From Kiritimatiellia bacterium (GTDB lineage Bacteria; Verrucomicrobiota; Kiritimatiellia; RFP12; UBA1067): a DNA stretch of 64,000 nt. The notes below the pieces were generated by a model, which did no database searches, had not been told where the DNA came from, and worked only from the letters and a program-made list of their open reading frames with translations. Location: the NCBI GenBank assembly GCA_017406465.1, contig JAFQYM010000030.1, positions 31,684-95,683 on the forward strand, read 5' to 3'. Of the stretch, positions 28,031-36,109 are shown piece after piece. The translations under genes were made by a program, and so were the position numbers. The first letter of the stretch is position 1, and every line of letters starts with the position of its first letter.

Positions 28031-30922
28031 ATGGTCGACTACAATGCGTTGAAGAAGAAGTTCCCGACGAAGGATCCCCAGAAGAAAAAGAAGGTCGCCG
28101 CCATCAAGGCGATAAAGCGCGAGTATGCCGCGAAGCGCGCGGCGCTCGGCGGCGGCGCGCCGACGATGAAGAAGGGCGTCGTCTTCTACGCCGTCGTCAT
28201 CCTCGGCCTCATGATCCTCGGCTCGCTCATCCTCTCCGTCACCGGGAAGGGCGGCCCCAAGGAGATATCGCGCGCGCAGATCCTCGTCAGGAAATCGGTC
28301 GATTCCGTCGCAGTGGCGCTCGGCCGCTACCGCTACCACGTCGGCAGCTATCCGTCGACGGAGGAGGGCCTTGAGGCGCTCGCGGCAATTACGCCGCGGA
28401 AGAAGGGCTGGAACGGCCCCTACGTCAACCATGTCGTGAAAGACCCGTGGGGGCACGACTACGTGTACGTCAACAACGGCGAGAACGAATATCCGACGCT
28501 CTACTCGAAGGGTCCCGACGGCAAGGCGGGAACGACTGACGACGTTCTTCCCGACCGCGCGCTCTACGACGCTCCTTTCAAGGACACTTCGTGGACGAAG
28601 GGCTGGATGCCGTACTACCTGCGCGGCTACGTTCTCGCTCCCGACAAGCGCACGAAAGGCGCCATCGAAGAGGAGGTCAAGGCCGTGCTCGCGGCAGAGC
28701 AGGGTCCGGCGGAAGGCGAGTTCGTGCTGCACGACGGCTGGGAGTTCTCGCGCGACCAGAAGACGTGGGCCGCCGTTCGCGTGCCGCACGACTGGGCGAT
28801 CGCGGGGCCGTTCGACGAGAAGCTCGACCACGGCACGGGGATGCTCCCCTGGCAGGGCGTCGGATACTACCGCCGCACGATAGAGCTCCCCGCGGACTCC
28901 GCAGGCAAGTTCGTCGCGCTCAGGTTCGGTGGCGTGATGGCGCGCCCGGAGGTGTTCCTGAACGGCGAGAAGGTGGGCAGCTGGGACTATGGCTACATGT
29001 CGTTCGAGGTCGACATCTCGGCAAAGATCAAGTTCGGCGAGAAGAACGAACTTCTCGTGAAGGTTGACACGACTAAGATGAGGAGCCGCTGGTACCCGGG
29101 CGCAGGCATCTACCGCGACGTCAAGCTCGTCGTCGAAGATGCAGAAGACCGCGCGATATGGGGGTCGGTCAAGATCACGACTCCCGAGATAACGCCCGAG
29201 CGCGCGAAAGTGCGCGTCGAATACCTTACGCCAGTGAGCGCGAGCCCGATTGTCAACGAGTTCGAGGTCGAGCGTCCCGTTCTCTGGGATGTCGCGAACC
29301 CGAAGCTCTACGAGACGACGATCTGCGGGAAGAAGTACAAATACGGCATCCGCACCGCCAAGTTCACCGCGAACGACGGCTTCATCCTGAACGGTCGGCG
29401 CGTGCAGCTCAAGGGCGTGAACCTCCATTCCGACCTCGGGCCGCTTGGCATGGCGTTCGACAAGGGCGCGATGCGTCGCCAGCTCGAGGTGATGAAGGAC
29501 ATGGGCGTGAACGCCCTCAGGACGTCGCACAATGCGCCTGCGGAGGAAGTTCTCGACCTCTGCGACGAGATGGGCATCCTCGTGTGGGACGAATGCTTCG
29601 ACAAGTGGGACGGGACTGCAGGCATCACTGAGGGCGACACGCTCGAGGAATATGTCTCGCGCAACCTAAAGCAGTTTGTGCGCCGCGACCGCAACCATCC
29701 ATGCGTCGTGTGCTGGTCGATCGGAAACGAGATCTCGCCGCGTCGCGAGGACTACCCGGCGGGAGTGTACGAGGAGCGCTGCAAGCTCTTCCGTGAAGTC
29801 GTCCTTTCCGAAGACACAACGCGTCCCGTCGGCATCGGCTGCTGCCACACGGAGTCTGCGGGCCGCGGCGATTACGCCGCGCTTGACCTGACCGGGTGGA
29901 ACTACAGCGAGCGCTACATGCCGATGAGGGAGAAGTTCCCGGATAAGCCGATCGTGTACTCCGAGTCGGCATCTGCGTTCTCGAGCTGGGGGTGCTTCCC
30001 TCCGACCCCGTCTGCGAACCCGACGAACTACGATTGGGAGACGGTAGTGGAGATCGACGCCTACGACCGCTGCGCGGCGAAATGGGCGGACATACCCGAC
30101 ATGGAGTTTGCGAGAATGGAACGCGACAAGTTTGTCGCCGGAGAGTTCGTTTGGACCGGCATTGACTACCTTGGCGAGCCTACTCCCGGCTACAAGCGCT
30201 GCCGCAGCTCGTTTTTCGGAATCTGCGACCTCTGCGCGATGCCGAAGGACCGCTACTGGCTCTACCGATCGTACTGGAACGATAGGAAGGACACGGTCCA
30301 TCTCCTGCCGCACTGGAACTGGGATGGTCGCGAAGGCGAGAAGGTCACTGTCGTGTGCTACACGAGCGGCGACGAGGCGGAGCTTTTCGTCAACGGTGAG
30401 AGTGCGGGCCGCAGGAAGAAGGTCAAGGATGCCGGTTCCATTGTCAAAAAGGGCGATCCGAACTACTACAAGGTGACGGAGCGCTATCGCCTCGTCTGGG
30501 AAGTTCCATACGAGCCGGGCGAAATCAAGGTCATAGCGTTTAGGAATGGACGCCCCATCGGCGAGGACTTCCGCAAGACGGCGTACAAGGCGGCGGCGGT
30601 GAAGCTTACGCCAGAGCAGACCGAGCTCGCGGACGGCGAGCTCGGCTTCGTGAAGGTCGAGCTCGAGGATGACGACGGGACGGTCCTGCCTCTCGCGAAG
30701 GACCGCGTGAACTTCAAACTTGAAGGACCCGGCGAGATCGTCGCCGTCGGCAACGGCTCGCACAACGGGCTTGATTCGTTCACGGACACCTCTTCGCATC
30801 CGCTCTACTACGGGCGAGCGCTCGTGATTGTTCGCAGGACCGGCGGCTCGGGTCTTCCGCTCAAGCTCACGGCGTCGGCTCCGTCGGTGAGATCTGCGGT
30901 CGTGACCTTCAGCCGCAAGTAG
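28031..30922 (+). CDS. Fusion: N-terminal TM + GspG-like pseudopilin domain + GH2 beta-galactosidase-type hydrolase
   Basis: ALGRYRYHVGSYPSTEEGLEAL...WNGPY...KDPWG.DY.Y...YSKGPDGKAGTTDD (T2SSG-like). Then VPHDW, FGGV, RWYPGAGIYR, RTSHN, WSIGNE, YSESAS, WTGIDYLGEP. One uninterrupted ORF. Confidence 0.88.
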   Translation: MVDYNALKKKFPTKDPQKKKKVAAIKAIKREYAAKRAALGGGAPTMKKGVVFYAVVILGLMILGSLILSVTGKGGPKEISRAQILVRKSVDSVAVALGRYRYHVGSYPSTEEGLEALAAITPRKKGWNGPYVNHVVKDPWGHDYVYVNNGENEYPTLYSKGPDGKAGTTDDVLPDRALYDAPFKDTSWTKGWMPYYLRGYVLAPDKRTKGAIEEEVKAVLAAEQGPAEGEFVLHDGWEFSRDQKTWAAVRVPHDWAIAGPFDEKLDHGTGMLPWQGVGYYRRTIELPADSAGKFVALRFGGVMARPEVFLNGEKVGSWDYGYMSFEVDISAKIKFGEKNELLVKVDTTKMRSRWYPGAGIYRDVKLVVEDAEDRAIWGSVKITTPEITPERAKVRVEYLTPVSASPIVNEFEVERPVLWDVANPKLYETTICGKKYKYGIRTAKFTANDGFILNGRRVQLKGVNLHSDLGPLGMAFDKGAMRRQLEVMKDMGVNALRTSHNAPAEEVLDLCDEMGILVWDECFDKWDGTAGITEGDTLEEYVSRNLKQFVRRDRNHPCVVCWSIGNEISPRREDYPAGVYEERCKLFREVVLSEDTTRPVGIGCCHTESAGRGDYAALDLTGWNYSERYMPMREKFPDKPIVYSESASAFSSWGCFPPTPSANPTNYDWETVVEIDAYDRCAAKWADIPDMEFARMERDKFVAGEFVWTGIDYLGEPTPGYKRCRSSFFGICDLCAMPKDRYWLYRSYWNDRKDTVHLLPHWNWDGREGEKVTVVCYTSGDEAELFVNGESAGRRKKVKDAGSIVKKGDPNYYKVTERYRLVWEVPYEPGEIKVIAFRNGRPIGEDFRKTAYKAAAVKLTPEQTELADGELGFVKVELEDDDGTVLPLAKDRVNFKLEGPGEIVAVGNGSHNGLDSFTDTSSHPLYYGRALVIVRRTGGSGLPLKLTASAPSVRSAVVTFSRK

Positions 30923-30930
30923 GGCATTTA

Positions 30931-30939
30931 TGGTATAAT
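30931..30939 (+). promoter_or_regulatory. Extended -10 for tadC-FHA-PEGA
   Basis: TGGTATAAT 8 nt after the upstream stop. Confidence 0.65.
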
Positions 30940-30989
30940 ACAAAAAACGCGTTTCTGCATCGTCGCGGGGCGCGTTGGAGCAAGTCGAC

Positions 30990-31907
30990 ATGGAATCGGT
31001 CTTCAGCATGGCGGCGATAACGTTCTGGGCGCTCTGCGCGGCCGGAATAGCGTGGTACGCCTCAGAGGTCGCGAAGGACGTGACCTACGTCACGCTCGCC
31101 GACGGTCGTCGCCAGGAGCGGTCGATACCGATGGTGTTCAAGATGCTTCTTCCTTTCGTGGGGAACCTCGACAGGCTCGTCTCTCGCCCAATGTTCGCAA
31201 AGCAGGTCGAGACGGCTGACTGGATGCTTGTAGCAGCGGGGTTTGAGGGGCTTCTCTCGGGTCGCGAGTTCGTGGCACTCAAGATTCTCTGTCCGATAGT
31301 CCTCGGCGCGGCGTGGACCATTCTAATTGCGCTTCTCGGCGCGGCGCTTCCCGACTCTCCGTTTTCGTCGGGTTTCGTGCCGATATCTCTCCTCGGCATC
31401 GCGCTTTTCTACCTCCAGCCGATGATGTGGCTCAGGGGCGCGCTCAAGAAGCGCCATCTCGCGATAATGAAGGCGCTGCCGTTCGTCCTCGACATCCTCA
31501 CGCTCTCCGTCGAGGCCGGAATGGATTTCATAAGCGCGCTCCAGCGCAACTGCCAGTCGCGCAAGCTCGACGCGCTCAACGAGGAGCTTCTCCGGATGAC
31601 GAAGGAGATTCAGGTCGGCTCGTCCCGCAAGGAGGCGCTCAGGAACATGGCCGAACGCGTCCGCCAGAGCGACTTGAGGTCGGTCGCGTTCGCGCTCATC
31701 CAGGCCGACGAGCTGGGCGTGTCGATAGGCGCGATATTGCGCATACAGTCCGAGCAGCTGCGAAGCCGCCGCTTCGACCGCGCCGAGAAGCTGGCCCACG
31801 AGGCGCCGACGAAGATGCTCGGGCCCCTGATGCTCTGCATTTTCCCCGCAGTGTTCATAATCCTGCTCGGGCCAGTCCTGTCGCAGGCGATGAAGGGGAT
31901 GCTGTAA
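30990..31907 (+). CDS. tadC: TadC-like type II secretion F-family membrane protein
   Basis: LP..LDILTLSVEAG, GSSRKEALRNMAER, LIQADELG.SI...LR.Q, AEKLA..AP.KM..PLMLCIFPA. Confidence 0.88.
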   Translation: MESVFSMAAITFWALCAAGIAWYASEVAKDVTYVTLADGRRQERSIPMVFKMLLPFVGNLDRLVSRPMFAKQVETADWMLVAAGFEGLLSGREFVALKILCPIVLGAAWTILIALLGAALPDSPFSSGFVPISLLGIALFYLQPMMWLRGALKKRHLAIMKALPFVLDILTLSVEAGMDFISALQRNCQSRKLDALNEELLRMTKEIQVGSSRKEALRNMAERVRQSDLRSVAFALIQADELGVSIGAILRIQSEQLRSRRFDRAEKLAHEAPTKMLGPLMLCIFPAVFIILLGPVLSQAMKGML

Positions 31908-31925
31908 AAAGAGGAAAGGCAAGAA

Positions 31926-33302
31926 ATGGCGAAACGTCCAGAACTGCTGATAACGTCAGGGCCCATGGCCGGCACGCGATTCGAGGTCGGCGCCGGCGGC
32001 GTGCGCCTCGGCCGCTCGTCCTCTAACGACGTGTGCATACCCGACGAGGAGCTTTCCCGCAACCACTGCCTCTTCGAGCAGTCTGGCGAAGCGGGCATAC
32101 GCGTGACGGACCTCGCGAGCGCGAACGGCACGTTCGTCAATGGCGAGCAGCTTGGCTCTGATTCATGCGAGCTCAAGGCGGGCGACTCAATCGAGGTCGG
32201 CTCGACTGCGATCAGCGTCATCGGCGAAGAGCCGCCTCCAGCGCAGCACCATGCCACGCCTGTCGCCAGGGGCGCGTCGATAGACCTCGGCCTCGGCACG
32301 ACCCCGGCCGCCGCTTCGCAGGACGTGGCGGCGTCTCGGCCTTCCGCGAGGAAGCCGAGCGGCCATCCTCGCGCGATGCTGGCCAATGTGCTGTGGGTCG
32401 TCGCCGCGCTGATCGTGGCGGCCGCGATAGCCGTCGTCCTCTGCGCGCCGCGCGACTCCGAAAAGCCCGTCATCTCCCCCGTGGCGGACGAGAAGCCCGA
32501 TAAGAAGCTAATCTCGCTTTGCTACGAGAAGGTCGAGGCCGACGTCGCGCGTGTGTTCAGCTACAGGATGGACGTCGACAGCTCCGGCATCCTTCATGTC
32601 GCGTTCGACGACGTGCCCGGCGAGAATCGCCACGTCGACAAGAAGGCCAAGCTCTCGGAAAAGGCGATGAAGAGGATTCTCGAGGTTTTAGACAGGCCCG
32701 GGTTCGCCGCGCTCGACGACGCGTACACGGGTGCCTCCGTCGAGGACGAGAACGAGCTCAAGAGCTTCAGGATCCGCGTCGTCCGCTGGAACAGCATAAA
32801 GGACGTCCTCGTCGAGAACACCCAGGAGCCCGACGCGTTTCGCGAGGTGCGGGAGGCGCTCGAGGCGTTCTCTCGAAACGAACTTGGCATTTGGGCGATA
32901 CAGTACTCTAAGGAAAAGCTGATCGAGCTCAGCGAAGAGAGCGCGAAGGTCGGCGACACCAAGTGGGAGGACCGCGAAGTGGAGTACGGCAACCTCAGCG
33001 CCTCCGTCAAGGCCTACAAGGACGCTCTCTTCTACCTTGAGACTGTAAATCCCAAGCCGGAGAGCTTCGCGACCGTGAAGGAAAGTCTCGCGCGCTCCGA
33101 GGCGGAGCTCAAGCAGCGCTACGAGGACCAGCGCTTCCTCGTCGACAAGGCGATCAACCTCGGCGACTGGGAGGTTGCGCAGTCCGAGCTCAAGATACTG
33201 TGCGAGCTCGTTCCCGAGAGAGACGACCCGCGCCATGCCGAGGCAAACGCGCGTCTCGTCGACGTTGAAAACCGCATGAAGAAGGCGAGGGGTGGAAAAT
33301 GA
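31926..33302 (+). CDS. FHA-domain single-pass membrane protein
   Basis: FHA motifs LGRSS.ND, LSRNH, DLASANGTFVNG; TM segment VLWVVAALIVAAAIAVVL; helical C-terminal ectodomain. Confidence 0.85.
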   Translation: MAKRPELLITSGPMAGTRFEVGAGGVRLGRSSSNDVCIPDEELSRNHCLFEQSGEAGIRVTDLASANGTFVNGEQLGSDSCELKAGDSIEVGSTAISVIGEEPPPAQHHATPVARGASIDLGLGTTPAAASQDVAASRPSARKPSGHPRAMLANVLWVVAALIVAAAIAVVLCAPRDSEKPVISPVADEKPDKKLISLCYEKVEADVARVFSYRMDVDSSGILHVAFDDVPGENRHVDKKAKLSEKAMKRILEVLDRPGFAALDDAYTGASVEDENELKSFRIRVVRWNSIKDVLVENTQEPDAFREVREALEAFSRNELGIWAIQYSKEKLIELSEESAKVGDTKWEDREVEYGNLSASVKAYKDALFYLETVNPKPESFATVKESLARSEAELKQRYEDQRFLVDKAINLGDWEVAQSELKILCELVPERDDPRHAEANARLVDVENRMKKARGGK

Positions 33303-34600
33303 GGGGAATCATTCTTTCGATTGCGCTCGCCGCGCTCACCGCGTTCGCGGACGAGTCGAAGGCGATACGCTGCGACTTCACGAGCCAGCCCGAAGGCGCC
33401 ACCGTGATTGTCGATGGCATGACGCGCGGCGTCACGCCGCTTACGCTCTATGATCTTGCCCCCGGGCCGCGCTACGTCAGGTTCGAGCTGGCAAGCTACG
33501 AAGGCATAGACGAGTTCATGTTCCTCCGCGAAGGCGGGGCCGTAAGCAAGAATGCCGTGCTGAGCCCCGTGAAGGGGATACTGCTCCTTTTGACCGAGCC
33601 AACGGGCTGCGACGTCTCTCTTGACGGCGTTTCGTTCGGCAAGACGCCGCGTCTCATCACGTCTCTCGACGCAAAGGACACGTATCGGCTTCTCGTGCAG
33701 AAGCCCGGCTACCAGCCGCGTACTGTCGAAGTGAAGTTCAACGGGCGTACGCCGCTCGTGAAGAACGAATCCCTCGTCATCGATTCCGGCATTATTGAGG
33801 TGACGAGCGAGCCGGCCGGTGCGGAAGTAACGGTGAACGGGCATCCGCGCGGCAGTACGCCCATGAAGGTCGAGGGTGTTCCCAAGGGGCGCGCGACGGT
33901 CGAGATCAAGAAGAAGGGGTTTGAAGACGAATCGCGCGAGCTTGCGATCGTTGCCGGCGAGAGCCAGACGCTGTTCGTGAAGCTCACCGGGCTTCCGGGC
34001 ACGATGTCGCTCTCGTCCGTTCCCGACGGGGCGAGGTTCTACGTCAACGACAGGCCCGAGGGCAAGGGGCCGATATCGCTTACGGGTCTCAAGCCGGGCT
34101 CCTACACGATCCGCGTCGAGAAGGAAGGCTTTGCCACGGCGACGAAGACCGTCACGCTCGAGAACGGCGGCGTGATCGTCGAGGAGTTTCGGCTTGACAA
34201 CGTTATGGGTCGCATAGAGGTGAGGACGATTCCTTCTGACGTCGAAGTTCTGCTTGACGGCAGCCGCGTCGGCACGACGAAGTCGAAGGGCGACGATGGC
34301 GACGCAAGCGAGGTGTTCGCGATAGAGAACGTGCGCGAGGGCGAGCATACCCTCGTGCTGAAGCGCGAAGGGTACGCGGACGCGACGAAGCACCCAGTCG
34401 TCGAAAACCGCAAGACGCAGACCGTCAACGTCCGGCTCAAGCGTGTCTTCACGCCGAACGTCGAGATCACGACAGACGGCGGCGTGCACCGCGGCGTTTT
34501 GATTTCCAACACGGCGAACGGCGTGGAGGTGGAAGTCTCGCTCGGCATAAACCGCACGTTCCCGCATAACGAGATCAGGAAGATCGAGTTCATCAAGTAG
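33299..34600 (+). CDS. Secreted PEGA-repeat protein
   Basis: Signal peptide; about five repeats of S.P.GA.V.VDG...G.TP...L.PG...V...K.GY. Confidence 0.88.
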   Translation: MRGIILSIALAALTAFADESKAIRCDFTSQPEGATVIVDGMTRGVTPLTLYDLAPGPRYVRFELASYEGIDEFMFLREGGAVSKNAVLSPVKGILLLLTEPTGCDVSLDGVSFGKTPRLITSLDAKDTYRLLVQKPGYQPRTVEVKFNGRTPLVKNESLVIDSGIIEVTSEPAGAEVTVNGHPRGSTPMKVEGVPKGRATVEIKKKGFEDESRELAIVAGESQTLFVKLTGLPGTMSLSSVPDGARFYVNDRPEGKGPISLTGLKPGSYTIRVEKEGFATATKTVTLENGGVIVEEFRLDNVMGRIEVRTIPSDVEVLLDGSRVGTTKSKGDDGDASEVFAIENVREGEHTLVLKREGYADATKHPVVENRKTQTVNVRLKRVFTPNVEITTDGGVHRGVLISNTANGVEVEVSLGINRTFPHNEIRKIEFIK

Positions 34601-35443
34601 GTGAAACGCCGTCTCGACATCCTTCTTGTGGAGCGCGGCCTTGCCGAGAGCCGCACGCGGGCGCAGGCGCTCGTTATGGAGGGCAAGGTCCGCGTCGCGG
34701 GGCAGACCGAATACAAGCCCTCGCGCCAGGTAGACGACGAAACGCCGGTCGAGATAGAGTCTCCGCCGCGTTTCGTTTCGCGCGGAGGCGAGAAGCTTGA
34801 GGGCGCGTTCGAGCTGTGGGGGGCGTATCCCCCGAGCGAAGCGAGTCGCCGAAGGCGATGCCCTAGCAGGGGTGGGAATGGGGAATCCTCCTCCGCCAAG
34901 GCTACGGAGGACAAGCGGGGAATGGATTTGAGCGCCGAGGGGAAGACATGCCTCGACGTTGGCTCTTCCACGGGAGGGTTCACCGACTGCCTTCTCCAGC
35001 ATGGCGCAAGGCGCGTAATGTCAGTCGACGTCGGCACGAACCAGCTCGCCTACAAGCTCAGGACCGATTCCCGCGTGTGGGTCAGGGAGAACTTCAACGC
35101 CCGCTACATGAAGCCCGAGGACCTGCCTGAAGTCCCGGCGCTCGCGGTCACGGACGTCTCCTTCATTTCGCTCAAGCTCATTCTCCCGCCGATATGCGGC
35201 GTACTCGCACCCGGTAGCGAAATCGTCGCGCTTATAAAGCCGCAGTTCGAGGTCGGAAAGGGCAACGCCCCCGGAGGGCTCGTCCGTGACGAGAACCTTC
35301 GGCTCGCCGCGCGCGACGAAATCATCCGCTTTGCGAAGGAGGAACTGGGACTCGAGCTCCTCGGCCTTGCCGAATCTCCAATCAAAGGGCGCGAGATGGG
35401 GAACGTCGAGTATCTCTCCTGGTGGCGCAAGCCCATTTCATGA
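34601..35443 (+). CDS. tlyA: TlyA-family rRNA 2'-O-methyltransferase with ~30-aa in-frame insertion
   Basis: KRRLDILLVERGL (S4-like), FVSRGGEKL, LDVGSSTGGFTDCLLQ.GA, DVSFISL, LIKPQFE, GNVEYL; GTG start. Confidence 0.9.
   Translation: MKRRLDILLVERGLAESRTRAQALVMEGKVRVAGQTEYKPSRQVDDETPVEIESPPRFVSRGGEKLEGAFELWGAYPPSEASRRRRCPSRGGNGESSSAKATEDKRGMDLSAEGKTCLDVGSSTGGFTDCLLQHGARRVMSVDVGTNQLAYKLRTDSRVWVRENFNARYMKPEDLPEVPALAVTDVSFISLKLILPPICGVLAPGSEIVALIKPQFEVGKGNAPGGLVRDENLRLAARDEIIRFAKEELGLELLGLAESPIKGREMGNVEYLSWWRKPIS
34824..34925 (+). repeat. Composite REP-like element inserted in tlyA
   Basis: CGTATCCCCCGAGCGAAGCGAG + hairpin TCGCC-GAA-GGCGA + CTAGCAGGGGTGGGAATGGGGAAT + second hairpin TCCTCCG-CCAAGGCTA-CGGAGGA. 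Confidence 0.75.
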
Positions 35444-35455
35444 AAGCCCGATTTT

Positions 35456-35464
35456 TGATATACT
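35456..35464 (+). promoter_or_regulatory. Extended -10 for efp
   Basis: TGATATACT; SD AGGAG before ATG 35505. Confidence 0.55.
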
Positions 35465-35504
35465 ATTCTCGTTTTTAACCATTAAAGGAAACAGGAGTCA
35501 AGAA

Positions 35505-36080
35505 ATGGGCGAAGTCATCGGAGCCGGAGAGCTGCACAAGGGTGTGAAGCTTCTTATCGACGGAGAGCCGTGGGAAATCACGGAGTTCTCGTTCTCTAAG
35601 CCGGGCAAGGGCCAGGCGATATACAACTGCAAGCTGCGCAACATGATGACAGGCGGCGGCTGCACAAAGAGCTACCGTTCGGGCGACAAGTTCGAGAAGC
35701 CCGAGCTCGTGCAGATGAGTGTGACCTACTCCTACGACGACGGCACGGCGTTCGTCTTCACTGACGACAACTTCGAGGAGATCCGCGTCAGCTACGACGT
35801 CATGGGCGACAAGAAGTACTTCCTCATGGACGAGATGGAAGTCAAGGCGCTGTTCTTCAACGACAAGGTCATCGGCGTGGACCTCCCGCAGCTCGTCGAG
35901 CGCAAGGTCGTCAAGGTCGAGCCCGGCGTCAAGGGCAACACCGCGTCCGGCAAGGTGACGAAGCCGGCGACCGTCGAGGGCGGTTATACGCTGGCCGTCC
36001 CGCTCTTCATCAACGAGGGCGACGTGATTCGCATCAATACGGAGACGGGCGAGTACAACGACCGCACTTCGACGAAGTAA
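35505..36080 (+). CDS. efp: Translation elongation factor P
   Basis: KPGKGQA loop, YSYDDG, EPGVKGNTA, KPATVEGG, VPLFINEGD.IRINT.TGEY..R. Confidence 0.96.
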   Translation: MGEVIGAGELHKGVKLLIDGEPWEITEFSFSKPGKGQAIYNCKLRNMMTGGGCTKSYRSGDKFEKPELVQMSVTYSYDDGTAFVFTDDNFEEIRVSYDVMGDKKYFLMDEMEVKALFFNDKVIGVDLPQLVERKVVKVEPGVKGNTASGKVTKPATVEGGYTLAVPLFINEGDVIRINTETGEYNDRTSTK

Positions 36081-36109
36081 GGCCGCCTTTTAAGGGCCGG
36101 AGACCAGCC

